Shown: positions 41,424 to 56,090 of the stretch, one piece after another
Position numbering within the stretch: the first letter of the stretch is position 1
Layout: each line of letters starts with the position of its first letter
Assembly: GCF_009914755.1 (NCBI RefSeq)
Contig: NC_060939.1
Strand: one strand, 5' to 3'
Source of the DNA: the human T2T-CHM13v2.0 reference genome, Homo sapiens
DNA length: 64,000 bases
The notes under the pieces: model-generated
Seen by the model: the letters and a program-made list of their open reading frames with translations, nothing else
Database searches by the model: none
Told to the model about the DNA's origin: nothing
Program-made: the position numbers and the translations under genes

Positions 41424-41635
41424 TTATTTTGAAACAGGGACTCGCTGTGTCACCCAGGCTGGAGTGCAGTGGCGTGATCTCGGCTCACTGCTCACTGAAG
41501 CCTCAACCTGCTGAACTCAGGTGATCCTCCCATCTCAGTCTCCCAAGAAGCTGGGACCACAGGCACATGCCACTATGTCTGGCTAATTTATTGTTATATT
41601 TTGTAGAGATGGGGTCTCCCTCTGTTGTCTAGGCT
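41424..41635 (-). mobile_element. AluJ, 5'-truncated
   Basis: gaaacagggactcgctgtgtcacccaggctggagtgcagtgg...tagagatggggtctc. Confidence 0.88.
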
Positions 41636-41916
41636 AAGCCATGTAATTGCTATCCAATTCAGCATCAAAAAAAATAATAAACTAAGGTAAAAAATCAATA
41701 ACAGCATTGTTCATACTGTTTTCCACCCACTACCTGATCTGAGCATCCCTTCAAATAAAGACAGAAGTCCTTATTTCTCTCATTCTTCTTGCCAGAACAG
41801 TCATATGGCCCATGATGCAGTCTCTTTACAACTTCTTTTTGCCTTATTTGATACACAGAGGAGCAGCGTTCTCCCTAATCTATTTATGGAGCAAAAGAAC
41901 AAGAAAAGAGGATTCT

Positions 41917-42225
41917 GGCCGGGCATGGTGGCTCACACCTGTAATCCCAGCATTTGGGAGGCTGAGGCAGGCAGATCACTTGAGGTCAGGAGTTCGAGAC
42001 CAGCCTGGCCAACATGGTGAAACCCCGTCTCTACTAAAAATACAAAATTAGCTGGGTGTGGTGGCGTGCACCTGTAGTCCCAGCTACTCGGGAGGCTGAG
42101 GCAGGAGAATCACTTGAACTGGGAGGCAGAGGTTGCAATGAGCCGAGATCATGCCATTTTGCTCCAGCCTGGGCAAAAAGAGTGAAACTGTCTCAGAAAA
42201 AAAAAAAAAAAAAAAGAAAGAAAGA
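41917..42225 (+). mobile_element. AluS (Sq/Sp-like)
   Basis: Full Alu with A/GAAA tail; TSD aagaaaagaggattc. Confidence 0.93.
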
Positions 42226-43264
42226 AAGAAAAGAGGATTCCTTAATAAGAGGGTCTCTAACCAAGGGATTACTGAATTATGCTCATTCTGCTCAGTGTCA
42301 CCAGACAGATTCCTTACAAAAAAGAGCACTATGACTCAGCCTACCTTGCTCAAGAACAATAATTGTATCTATTAACACCTTCCCATCTTCCAAGAAGGAA
42401 GAAAATATTACATGGCTAGAACTGTGGGACCAGGTTCCTGTTGGAGATTTTACCAGGCCCACAACAACACTATGCATGTATTAATAAAACCTCAAGTGAA
42501 TATTCACAGAGAAATATTCGGATTTTACTTACATGTGCGTTGCATCTGGCATGCTGGTTAAGGCAGGAGGACTTAGGGGAATGGGCTGTTCCTTATACAA
42601 TGTTCCATCGTCCTGGAAGAAGGTGGGTAATCTGAATGGACAGCCAGGTGAGCCCTGTAGAGCCTGCTTCCTGGCCACACCAAGCCAACCTGAGAGATGA
42701 TGCAAAAGTTTCAACCTCTACAATACTCTGGCAACCTCAGGGAATTTATGGTTATTCAAAGCATGCCCAGTAGGTTAGGATTGATCCAAATGAATGAGAC
42801 TATGGAAGCAGGATGCTAGCTGGTGCCTGCCAACCATCCATCAGGATCAACACTGGCTGTGGCGGGGGCTGAGAGCCCATGGAGGCCATGGAGACTGAGG
42901 AAAGTCTAGAAAAATTTACATGTGGCTGAAGCCCAGCTGCAAATATCCACAATTACCTGAACTCAGGACGCTGTGTTCTGAAGTTTTGTGTGTTTTAGTT
43001 TCATTGCCCAGCATAAATTTACCTATTAGATGTTATGAAACTTAAACTGTAATGGAGCTGAATGTGCTCTGAGAGATTTATCTCACTTCTGCTGTTCAAA
43101 TGACATCTGCTCACTAAATAAGTCTCGACCTGAACATGTGGCTAATTTTCTCTAAAAATCTGCATTTTCCAAAAAAGTTTTTAAAAACTGAATTAAATAG
43201 CAAACTAGAGGTAAAAATACTAAAGCTTCGTGTGTTTTTTAATGAAAACATATGAAATATAAAA

Positions 43265-43725
43265 ATTTAAAAACAGTAGTTTAGTGTTAATTTACATATA
43301 GTAAAATGCACAAATCTTAAGAGTAGAGCTCCGTGACTTTTTGTGTTATGTATGACTTTTTGCATAGTGGCCACTTCCCAGATGAACAGATAGAATATTT
43401 CCATATTCCAGAAAACTCCTTCATACTCTTTCCCAGTGCCTCTCCACCACCAGGTAAGAACTGTACCGATTCTTTCACCACACTTCAATTTGTGCCTGTC
43501 CTTGAACTTCATATAAATGGAATTGTACTTATCAATTTCCTGGCAGCTTTTGCTCAATGTAATGTTTTGGAGATTAATCCATGTTGCTGAAGATATCAGT
43601 AGTTAATTTCTTTCTATTGCTGAGTAGCAATCCATTGTATGAATATAGCTGAATTTGTTTATCCATTTACGTGTTGATGGACATTTGTTTTCTTTCCAGT
43701 GTTTGATTATTAAGAATAAAACTGA
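43265..43725 (-). mobile_element. L1ME-like 3' region
   Basis: atagtaaaatgcacaaatcttaag...gaacttcatataaatggaat...tgttgatggacatttg. Confidence 0.75.
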
Positions 43726-44603
<878 letters not shown>

Positions 44604-45523
44604 TTAAAATACACTGGTATATACCTAGGAGTAGAACTTTATTAGAAACTGCCAAGCGGCATACAGTAAGTTTAGAAATAACTATAGACATGTGAAATAA
44701 AAGAACTTTTAAAAATTTTGCTTAATTATTGATAAAATATTTTTTAAAAATTGGTAAAATAGGAAGAATCATCTAACATTCAAAATGCTTTATAAAGTAA
44801 TTTTATCCTATATAAAATGCTACAAATGTTCTCTGATGATATACATTTTCAATGGTTGGGACTTTAAGCAAGTTGACTTTAGGCAAATAGGTCTTAGGCA
44901 AATTGGCCCAAAAGCTCAATATAGATTCTTGTCAAGACAGGTCTCCCCCATTCTGTACTGGTGTAATTGAATTTTTAAACAATGCAGACTTGACATTCAT
45001 CCCTGTAGGTTTCATACCAGTAGGAAGTACATGTATATTTATGCACAGGGATATATGGGATTAGGATGCTGGAACAAGTAGACACTTGGTGGAAGGAGGG
45101 AAAGGAATTCCCGGCCCTGCTCACAGAGCTCTGGGGAGACTGATAATGGGCCATGAGTTGGCAGGATGCCCAGGGAGTTAAAACCTTGCTGAGCCAGGGC
45201 AGGGGCCTAAGCAGGGGAAGGTCCTGAAGGGGCTCATTTGGCTCAGTGGGGCCTGCCTGGCAATGTTGGGACCAGTTTGTGGGGAGGAGCTGGGGGTGTC
45301 ATTACAATTAATGAGGAGAGTAAGGCAGAGGTTGTCTCTGGGGATAGTGGCATAGAGAACTACGTAACTGAGAGGGTCCACAGTGTCAGTGGGCTGTGCA
45401 AGTTAGCATTTGTCTGAGAGGAAAGAAAACTGTTCTGGAATCAACCCTAAACAGTTTTTGTCCTGGTTGCAGATGTTTCAAACTTTCATTTTAAAAATAT
45501 GTCAGCACATGTGATTGCAAATT

Positions 45524-45825
45524 TTATTATTATTATTATTAAGATGGAGTCTTGCTCTGTTGCCCAGGCTGGAGTGCAGTGGTGCAATCTGGGCTCACTA
45601 CAACCTCCACCTCCTGGGTTCAAGCGAATTCTCCTGTCTCAGCCTCCCGAGTAGCTGGGATTACAGGCATGCACCACCATGCTCGACCAATTTTTATATT
45701 TTTAGTAGAGACGAGGTTTCACCATGTTGGCCAGGCTGGTCTCGAACTCCTAACTTCTCAGGTGATCCACCCAACTCGGCCTCCCAAAGTGCTGGGATTA
45801 CAGGCATGAGCCGCTGCGCCCAGCT
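45524..45825 (-). mobile_element. AluS
   Basis: Antisense Alu with (TTA)n tail; TSD gattgcaaatttt. Confidence 0.92.
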
Positions 45826-45929
45826 GAGATTGCAAATTTTAAAAAATTTATAGTCATCCAAATGTGTTCACTATCTTTTCTTCATGTCTTCCACACTTTT
45901 GATAAAATTGGCTTCTATGTCATCTCCTG

Positions 45930-46520
45930 AGTTATTAATAAAAAATATTAAACTGGGCAAAGCCAGAATAAAGCCCACTGGAATGCCACCAGAGACTCCC
46001 CTCCAGGGTGCCGGCAATTCATTAATCAACACTCTCTACGAATGACTATTCAGCCAACTATAAATTCACCTCATAGTCCCCATTGACGTGTTTCCACCTT
46101 TGCACAAGAGACTCATGAGAGATTTAGGAGAAGCCATCACAGAAATCAAGGCACAGAGTCTATGAAATACCCCAATCCACTAATTTAATCACTTACAAAG
46201 AAAGAAAGAAAAAGAAATGAGGTTAGGCTTGTTCTTAGTGAGTCCACGCTAGTTTCTGGCAAACATTACTTTCTTTTTCAAGTACTCAGAAAACCATCTG
46301 TTTAATAATCCCTTCTAGATTTTTGTTGGCACTGGGGGTGCTCATCAATCAAATTGTAAATTTCATTTATCACCCCATTTAAAAATCAGGACACTATTTT
46401 CCATTTTCACTGTTTTGGCTACTCTCTCTGATTTTCCAGGTTCTATCAAAGATGTTACAGGTAACCCTTGCCATCATCTGGGAGGTCATCTGTCTGCACC
46501 AGCTGGCTTAAACTCACTGA
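45930..46520 (-). mobile_element. L3/CR1 LINE fragment
   Basis: aaatgaggttaggcttgttcttagtgagtccacgctag...aaaccatctgtttaataatcc resembles the antisense CR1 RT region. Confidence 0.6.
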
Positions 46521-48246
46521 AGCAAGCTAGCTAGTGTCATGGGATAAATGTGATCCTCAGATATAAGCAGAAAGCAACTTTATTTTGTCTCCCATTGTCC
46601 CTTAAAATTTATTCAGTAAGGTATATCCTTTCCCTGTCTATGGATGAAAATTTATCAGTCCTGTGACTTATCTGATCATATCACTCATGATAAATAAAAG
46701 TACTATAATCACCTTAAGTCACTAAATATAGTCTTAATTTAGATATTAGAAATCTACTTTTATATAACAAGCAAAACTATACAGTTTGTTTAAAGTGAAA
46801 TCTTCCTCTTCAGTTTGAGTCTGCCTCAGGCAGGAAGCTTACAGCTGGTAACGGTGTGCATTTGGTTTCTTCTTTTTTTTTAACCTCTCCTACATCAGCT
46901 TATAAACCTGGAATTCTGACTCCTCTAGGGTGGGGCGGTACTAAGAGGCTGAGGAGTAGGAAAGCTCTTCTTTGGTACTTTTGTAAAATGGCTCTTCACT
47001 CTCTGAGCCTAGTAAGTGTTTCAAGCATTCTTAATCTTTTGATTTTTTCAGGCAAGAATCAGACGCCAATTTACTGCATCCTGCCCTCTCCCCATTCCCC
47101 ATACCTGCAATCCTTTGAAACCTCTCTCCCTCTTAACTTGAGATGAAGGGGAAATACCCCACACCACGCAAACTATTCTCTCCAAATAACTCTTCCTCTC
47201 AAATCCTATCCCTTCTGCACCCCCTGACCCTTAAACCCCTTGTGGTTTTAAGGGGTTCAAGAGAAATTCAACCCATTCAAAGACACTTAATGAAATATTT
47301 GAACAGTGGCCTCTTCATATTTTCTCTTCATATTACAGCCAAAAGGGAGACAGTCCTATTTGTATATTTGGTTAAAGTATTTTTCCACTATCTGCTCTCT
47401 TATCTTGGCCTTCCTTTTCCTTCATTCTTATTTGATGGCATTTCTTCTTGATAGGGAGACAGATGAAAATAGTTCAGAATGTTTATATTCTCTCTAAAAC
47501 CTCCTTTCATTACATACCATCTTCCTCAAGTGCAGGGGTTTTCCTCATTTTTGAAACATGCTTTTAAAAACCACAACTGTCAGGCCATTTTATTAATTTA
47601 TAATGAATAATATGAAGGTCATAAACATATATTCATGTATTATTTCCTAATGGTAAACTTAAAATAGGAGTGGGCAAAGGAAATGCAGTACCCGATACAG
47701 AGACTATTACTCAGCCTTTAGAAAAAGAAAATTCTATAATATGTGACAATGTGGTAAAATGGCAAATATATTCAATTATCTTTATAAAAACCAGAATGGA
47801 CAACTTTACACCAAACAAACAAGTAAGTCTCCTCTCTGATGGGAAATACAAAGAAGAAAATAAAAATTATCAGCCATAAACACCTAAATTATTAATAAAT
47901 TTCTTTTTAATATTTTACTTAGGATTCTCCATGTAATAATTTTACCAAATTGAAATACTATTTACCCAATTCTGAATCCTAATTCTTAAACTTGCTATAC
48001 TGTGAATATTTCCTATTACCAGTAAAATTCTTGGAAACCCATTTTTAATGGCTTCAAACTAGGCCGATGTATGGGGACACCATGATTTATTAACCTCTTT
48101 CCCTTGTTACTGAACATTAAATTTGTTTCCATTTTTTTTTACCATTTTGAATAACACCACAACATAAACTATTGTGCATATATGTGTGCTTGAATTTCTG
48201 ACAATTATTAGAAGGGGAGTTACTGGATCAAAGGTATGGACTTTTT

Positions 48247-48803
48247 TTTTAATTTTATTTTTATTTTTTATTTATTATTATTATACTTTAAGTTTTAGGG
48301 TACATGTTCACAATGTGCAGGTTAGTTACATATGTATACATGTGCCATGCTGGTGCACTGCACCCACTAACTCGTCATTTAGCATTAGGTATATCTCCCA
48401 ATGCTATCCCTCCCCCCTCCCCCCAACCCACAACAGTCCCCAGAGTGTGATGTTCCCCTTCCTGTGTCCATGTGTTCTCATTGTTCAATTCCCACCTGTG
48501 AGTGAGAATATGCGGTGTTTGGTTTTTTGTTCTTGCAATAGTTTACTGAGAATGATGATTTCCAATTTCATCCATGTCCCTACAAAGGACATGAACTCAT
48601 CATTTTTTATGGCTGCATAGTATTCCATGGCGTATATGTGCCACATTTTCTTAATCCAGTCTATCATTGTTGGACATTTGGGTTGGTTCCAAGTCTTTGC
48701 TATTGTGAATAATGCCACAATAAACATACGTGTGCATGTGTCTTTATAGCAGCATGATTTATAGTCCTTTGGGTATATACCCAGTAATGGGATGGCTGGG
48801 TCA
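48247..48803 (-). mobile_element. Young L1PA2/PA3-like, 5'-truncated (about 560 bp)
   Basis: Close match to L1 ORF2 C-terminus (PFDPAIPLLGIYPKDYKSCCYKDTCTRMF...SKLLQEQKTKHRIFSL) and 3'UTR; non-ACA (GAG) diagnostic; TSD aaaggtatggacttttt. Confidence 0.95.
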
Positions 48804-50959
48804 AAAGGTATGGACTTTTTAAAGCTCTTAATACAAGCTGTCACTTTGCTTTCTAGAAAGAATTGTAACAGATTGGCTTATCTTAACGGACATTGTCGTC
48901 AAACTCAATCAGTCCAAGGCTCCATCTCCACACCAGAGCCAGCCAAGAGAACCAGAACAATGTCAGAGACACAGGACAAAAGTGGTTTTTGGCTATAGTA
49001 ACCATATTCTCCAATCTGGGCATCTGTTTCAAGGGAGTGAAAGGAGAAAGTCCATTTGTCTATTTGCACATGTGTAGTCAGGGTTCTCCTGGAAGGTGGT
49101 AGCCTCCTCCGATCCAGCCTGTATCTGGTTCATTGCCCTATAACACAGCCCTATGTTAATCATAAAGCCAAAGGGCAGGGCAGCTTTGTTTTCTCTCAGC
49201 CACACCCCAGTCACCTTCCTGCACTTAAATCTAGGGGGCTCCTCCAAGAATCTGTAGCCACAAGTTGATAAACACATTTTCAGATGGGTTTGTTTTGCAT
49301 CTATTACAGGTTGAAGTGTCCTAGTTTTGCTCTCAAGTGATGACATTCATCCAGAGCATGTTCCAAATCTGCCCATTTCCCACCCCATCTGGGTTCTGCC
49401 TTACCATATTTTTAAGACAGAAACACAACGTACAGCAATACTAAGCCATATTCTAATGACAATAGTTAGATAACTTTTTTTCTGATTTCAAAAGTGGTAC
49501 ATGTTTAAAGTGGAAAATGTAGACAACTTAGGAAACCAGGAAAGGAAGGCTGCAGAGTGACCAGCACTTATGGCAGCCTGCCTGGCAGATGGAGAGTGCA
49601 CGTCTTGGTGGACATCTGTGTGGGGTCAGCAGGGATCATGTTCAGCTCAGCAGATGTCAGGAGACATACAGCAAAGTCTGAGGGCTGGTAAGAACTCTCC
49701 CGCTTGACACTACATAAGCCCTGAGAACTTGGTTCCAACTCCAGGGAAAAGGGTGGGGGGAACCCATAAAACTGAAATAAAAATCATAACACAGTAGAAT
49801 GACACTTGATATAGAAATCAATTTCATTGGTAGGAAGACAAAGAACAGTGGAGTCTAGTTTGTATTCTCTTTCCAGCTCCTTTGGCCTCTGATTCCCAAC
49901 CTCTGGTGCACCCCACCACCAGCCTTTTCCAGTGGCTCAGTTTGGTTCAGTCGTGGTACCTGGTTTGAGGGATGGACTACATTCTTTAGGCACCCCGTGG
50001 GAGCTAGCCCTACAAATCACCATGGAAACTGAAGATAGAGTGATTGTCCATGCTGGTCTTAGAGGCAGGTGGTTCCCAGGTGAAGGCTGGGAAAAGTCAC
50101 TCCTACAATGATGTAATAACTCTACCAATGGCCCTCGGTTTCTGAAGATTTGCTTCCCTTAATTCTCCTCACTGGAATTGGGGGATTAGATCTCTGAAAG
50201 CAGAGATGATATAAAAACATATATAACATATATAAAAACAAACAAGCAAACAAATAGCCCAATAGGGCCATGAGTCTTGGTAGGGATGTACCAGTAAGAA
50301 AGAGTTCTGGTTTCCCTAAGCCATGGTGCCAGTCCTGGCTCTTTGTTTCAAAAGGATCTTCAGAGCCACCTGGCACAGATGGCTTTCTCTTGGAGTCGTT
50401 CCTTTTGCACCTCTGCATCCTTGGCAACATTTCAGGGGAGCTCCCGGGTAGGGCAACATCTTAACTGTCAAGACAGTGCAGCATCAGAGAGTCACAGAGG
50501 CAGGCTCTGGAATCCCTAGAGACCAAGGCCAAGACCAAGAACAGGACATATGTACCAGGATTGGCATTGCAGTGATGGCTATAGTCACAAACAATTTGAA
50601 ACATCCAAGCTGTTGAGCCATAGGGGACCACTTAAACAGATGCTGGTATATTCATACCAAGGAACACTATGCACTCATTAGAAAAAAAATAGATTTCTGT
50701 AAATAAAAGGGAATATGAATATGTTCATAATATATTTTAAGTAAAAAAGGCTTAAAATAGCATGTAGCACATGATCTTATTTTAAATAAATATATATTTA
50801 TTTTTACGTATTATATATAGGAAATCTCTAGTGGGATAACAGCAATCTTCATTTTTTTGTATTTCTCTACATGTTTCAAATGATTTTGACATGTTTCTCT
50901 ACATATGTTTCTCTACATCATATTTCAAATGATCTTTGACACAATGACTTATTGCTTTG

Positions 50960-51428
50960 TGTATTAGGGTTCTCTAGAGGGACAGAACTAATAGAAGATA
51001 TAAATATATATATATAAATGTATATATAAATAAATATATATATGTAAAGGGAGTTTATTAAGTATTAACTTACAAAATTACAAGGTCCCACAATAGGCCG
51101 TCTGCAAGCTGAGGAACAAGGAGAGCCAGTCCGAGTCCCAAAACTGAAGAACTTAGAATCTGATGTTCGAGGACAGGAAGCATCCAGCACAGGAGAAAGA
51201 TGTAGGCTGGGAGGCTAGGCCAGTCTCTCTTTTTCACGTTTTTCTGCCTGCTTTATATTCACTGGCAGCTGATTAGATGGTGCCCACCAGACTAAGGGTG
51301 GATCTGCTTTCCCCAGCCCACAGACTCAAATGTTAATCTCTTTTGGCAACACCCTCACAGATACACCCGGGATGAATACTTTTTATCCTTCAATCTAATC
51401 AAGTTGACACTCAGTATTAACCATCACA
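50960..51428 (-). mobile_element. MLT2A (HERV-L) solo LTR
   Basis: tgtattagggttctctagagggacagaactaatag...aagttgacactcagtattaaccatcaca; 5-bp TSD ctttg. Confidence 0.92.
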
Positions 51429-51458
51429 CTTTGATTTTTAAAAAGTATAATCTTTGTT

Positions 51459-52208
<750 letters not shown>

Positions 52209-52555
52209 CAGCCATGTGCCACATAACGATGTTTCAGTCAAGGATCGACCATGTTTCCGACGTGGTCCCATAAGATTACAATGAAGCTGAAAAACTCCTA
52301 TCACCTAGTGACATCATAGCCGTGGTAACATTGTATGCAACTACTTAATGTTTAAATAAATTTAATGTAGCCTAAGAGTAGTTTTTAGAGAGTCTATAGT
52401 AGTGTACAGTAATGCCCTAGGCCTTAACATTCACTCATCACTCACTCACTGACTCACCCAGAGCAACTTCTAGTCCTGCGAGCTGCATTCATTATAAGTA
52501 CCCTAGACAGGTGTGCCATATATATACACATACACATATATATATACACACATAT

Positions 52556-52723
52556 ATACAAAAATTAGCTGGGCATGGTGGTGCATGCCTGTAGTCCCAC
52601 CTACTTGGGAGACTGAGGCAGGAGAATCACTTGAACCCGGGAGGCAGAGTTGCAGTGAGCTGAGATTGCGCCACTGCACTCCAGCCTGGGTGACAGAGCA
52701 AGACTCTGCCTCAAAAAAAAAAA
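52556..52723 (+). mobile_element. Alu right arm (inverted duplicate of the adjacent Alu)
   Basis: Shares private variants with the 52847-53110 Alu. Confidence 0.9.
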
Positions 52724-52846
52724 TATATATATATATTTGTATATATGTATTATATATATATACACACACACACATACACACATATATAAACACACACATA
52801 TATACACATATATATATACACATACATATATATACACACATACATA

Positions 52847-53110
52847 TGTCACCCACGCTGGAGTGCAGTGGCGCAATCTCAGCTCACTGCAACTCTGCCT
52901 CCCAGGTTCAAGCGATTCTCCTGCCTCAGTCTCCTGAGTAGGTGGGACTACAGGCATGCACCACCATGCCAGGCTAATTTTTGTATTTTTGGTAGGGACG
53001 GGGTTTCTCCATATTGGCGAGGCTGGTCTCAAACTCCTGACCTCAAGTGATCCACCCCTCTCGGCCTCCCAAAGTGCTGGGATTACAGGCATGAGCCACC
53101 GTGCCCAGCC
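52847..53110 (-). mobile_element. AluS lacking 3' tail
   Basis: Antisense Alu ending at gggtgaca and abutting a TA/CA microsatellite. Confidence 0.92.
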
Positions 53111-54883
53111 TCATTTTTATATTTTATACTATATTTTTACTGTACCTTTTCAATGTTTAGACACACAAATGCTTAACATTGTGTTACGGTTGCCTATCAC
53201 ATTCAGTACAGTAACATGCTGCACAGGTTTGTAGCCTGGGAGCAATTGGCTGTACGTACAGCCTAGGTGTGTAGTAGGTTAGACCATCATTCATGTAAGT
53301 GCACTCTATGGCGGGTCCGAAAAGAAGTGGAGCCTAGAGAAGCATTTCTCAAAACATATCTCTTTTGTTAAGTGGCAGCACAGGATGGCACTACTAACTC
53401 TATCTTGATGTTTGCCTTCTGGAGGACCTAACGAGATTCCTCTGTGTTCCTGAACATACTGTGAGAAGCCTGGACTTACTCGTTACACATTCTTTCCATA
53501 GAAATACCCCTCTCCAGGAATTATTATTCCAGATGACCCCCAAGTGGTCTAACAAACAAAATGAAATGTCTTCTCCTGCCAAGATTTTCCTCTTCTAATT
53601 GTGGCTGCCTGAAATTTCCTTCATTAAGTCTGCCTGTCAACACCTCCCAATCCCTTCTCATCTCTGCCCTGCTACCCACACTCCTGCGCAGGTTCAGAAA
53701 AGGCCATCAGTGGCCTTCTTGGCTACTTCTCCAACCCATACAGAGAATTTGTGAATTACTCAGTATTTTTAAGGCACTGCTTTTCTGTTTAAACCAGCCA
53801 GAGTTGGTTTCTGCTGCTTCCTAAGAAGGCTGGCTGATATGTATATCTAATGCATAGTATTTTTGCATATGATACATTGGCATGGAGAAAATCATATCAT
53901 ATTCACAATTCAGTTTAACAACTAGGTTGTTAACACAGGTTGCCTGGGAGGGTGGTGAGGTGAAGATGGGGAGGAGAGGAAGAGAAAGGAGGCGAGCAAA
54001 AATAGAAAAGGGAGGAAAATAAGACTGTATTAAGGAGAAGGCAGCATGCATTATGATATGATCTCATGTTTGCATTCACATAGTCAGTATATTCATATAC
54101 CAGCCATACCTCAGAGCCACTGAAAAATAAATTTCCCAGGGTCACACCCAGTCCTGAGTATTTTTCAGAGCTTCTCAGGAGACACTGAGGAGAAAACAGG
54201 GTTGACATTTACCGAAGTGATCCTGGACCATCTGCATCAGTATTGGCTGGACCTCTGTTTAAAAATTCATGTTCCTGGACGCCACTGCAGACCTCCTGAG
54301 TTAAGAATCTGGAGTAGGATATTCTCTGCCCTGGGAGAGGGAGCTCAATGCCCTGTGGCCACAGGACCAAATTCCTGGGGCCTAGAGCAACCACAGAACT
54401 CTTTGGCAGTAGGCCAGTTCTGGTGCAGTGGGCCTCACCTTTTCAAAGATCTGCTTTTAAAATTGTTAATGACTGTTTTACCCAGCAGTTCCACTTCTTG
54501 GAACACATCCTAAGGAAATAACCACATGATGTGAAAAGATGTATGAGGAAGAATGCTCATCACAACCCTTGTTTATATTAATGAACGTTTGGAAGCAACC
54601 CAAATAGCAATCAATAGTGGAGTCGTTCAAATAATTATGACACATCCACACAATGGAAGGGTATATAGCCATTATGATTATGAGGTAGAGCTCTATGTAC
54701 ACAAATAAAAATACATTCACAGTATATTAAGTGGGGAATGAGCAGGGATCTCGAATGCAACAGATGGCATTCAGATGCATGGCATGGCTACGTCATGCAC
54801 CATCTTGGGGTCACTTTCTTTTTTATACAAGAAAACAGACCTGAAGGCTATTATGGAGAACTTTGAATCCACTCTATTTTATT

Positions 54884-54960
54884 TTATATATATATATAAA
54901 ATAAATATATATACACACATATATAAATATATATATATACATATACACACACATACATAT
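54884..54960 (+). repeat. (TA)n/(CA)n mixed microsatellite
   Basis: Direct inspection. Confidence 0.9.
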
Positions 54961-55273
54961 TTATCTTTTACTATGGAAAATTTCAAACATAAACAAAAGT
55001 AGAGTGAATAGTGTAAGGATCCCAGTGTGTGACTTCAACAGTTTTCAATAGAAGGCCAATCGGTACCCCAAGTACTATTCTTTACCCGAATTGTTTGCAA
55101 GCTGATATTTTCCTAAATATTTTTTTAGTTTATTTGAATCTGGATTCAAATAAGATTCATACAAAATGATGAATTGATATGTCTCCTAAGTTTCTTTAAT
55201 CTGCATGTTCTCACTACATATTTTTGTTTTTCTTTTATAGTTTTTTGGTTGAAGAAAGCAAGCTTATCCTGTA

Positions 55274-55750
55274 ACGGCACACTATCCAATACAATAGCCA
55301 CTAACCACATTTGACTAGTGAGCATTTGAAAAGTGGCTAGTGTGACTGAAGGACTACATTTTAAATTGTATTTAATTTTAATTAATATACATTTAAATTT
55401 AAAAGTGATAACTTGATCCAGTTATTGGAAAACTGAAGTTTGAAACAACTTGGGTATGTGAATCTGCTTTCTCAACCATAAATTTTATGAAATCTAAATA
55501 CAGTTTAAGTATTTCTGATGAAAATTTAGCGTTCAAACTGAGATGTGCTTTAAGTGTGAAATACACACTGATTTTGAGGATTTAGTATGGAAAAAGAATG
55601 TAAAATATCTCATTAATAATTTTTATATTGATTACATGTTGAAGGGAGAATATTTTGGATGTGATGGGTCAAATAAAAGTTATTATTAAAAACAATTTTG
55701 TCTGTTTCTTTTTATTTTTTTAAAGGCGATTACCAGAAAATTACAAATTG
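55274..55750. mobile_element. Charlie1/MER33-type hAT DNA transposon
   Basis: tatccaatacaatagccactaaccacat...aactgagatgtgctttaagtgtgaaatacacac...aaaatatctcattaataatttt. Confidence 0.78.
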
Positions 55751-55764
55751 GTTACATACAAAAT

Positions 55765-56090
55765 CAAGAAGGGCTGGAGAGTTAACACTTACCCCCGATA
55801 GGCCTCAATAAGCAACTGTCAAGAGTCAGTGTGTAACTACCCCACTTCCTCACCTCTTGAGTGGGATAACTCTGAAGAATGTACCTTACACTATTTCCCA
55901 GAATTCCCCCACAGGATTAAGCTCCAGGCACCACTGTGGTACCTAGCTTGATAATACACCTTTTATAGGCTGCCTTCCCTTCTCTCTCTCTTCCCTGTTC
56001 CCCTACCAGTGGTTCTTGCATTTCCCAGATAAACTCTTTACATTCAAATACTTGTCTTGGGGTCAGTTTCTGGAGGAACACAATGCTAAA
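55765..56090 (+). mobile_element. LTR16A-like ERVL LTR
   Basis: gtgggataactctgaag...ggattaagctccag...cccagataaactctttacattcaaatacttgtcttggggtc. Confidence 0.68.

Larger units (their letters stand above)
52209..53392 (+). mobile_element. Tigger3-type TcMar DNA transposon interrupted by Alu rearrangement
   Basis: cagccatgtgccacataacgatgtttcagtcaa...ggtcccataagatta and cagtacagtaacatgctg...catttctcaaaacatatc...gttaag termini. Confidence 0.8.

Noticed and set aside
42509-42647. Possible further exon remnant ending CAG|GTGAGC
   Set aside because: Good donor but poor acceptor and no single convincing frame.
48485-48844. 119-aa ORF
   Set aside because: C-terminus of L1 ORF2p from a 5'-truncated L1PA insertion.
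49029-49346. Minus-strand ORF with a TPR-like word (NIGLCYRAMNQ...ENPDY)
   Set aside because: Single short resemblance with wrong spacing and no splice context. The + strand frame is weakly coding-like but too ambiguous to call.
52503-53092. ORFs with YI/VC/TH repeats
   Set aside because: Alu plus TA/CA microsatellite translations.
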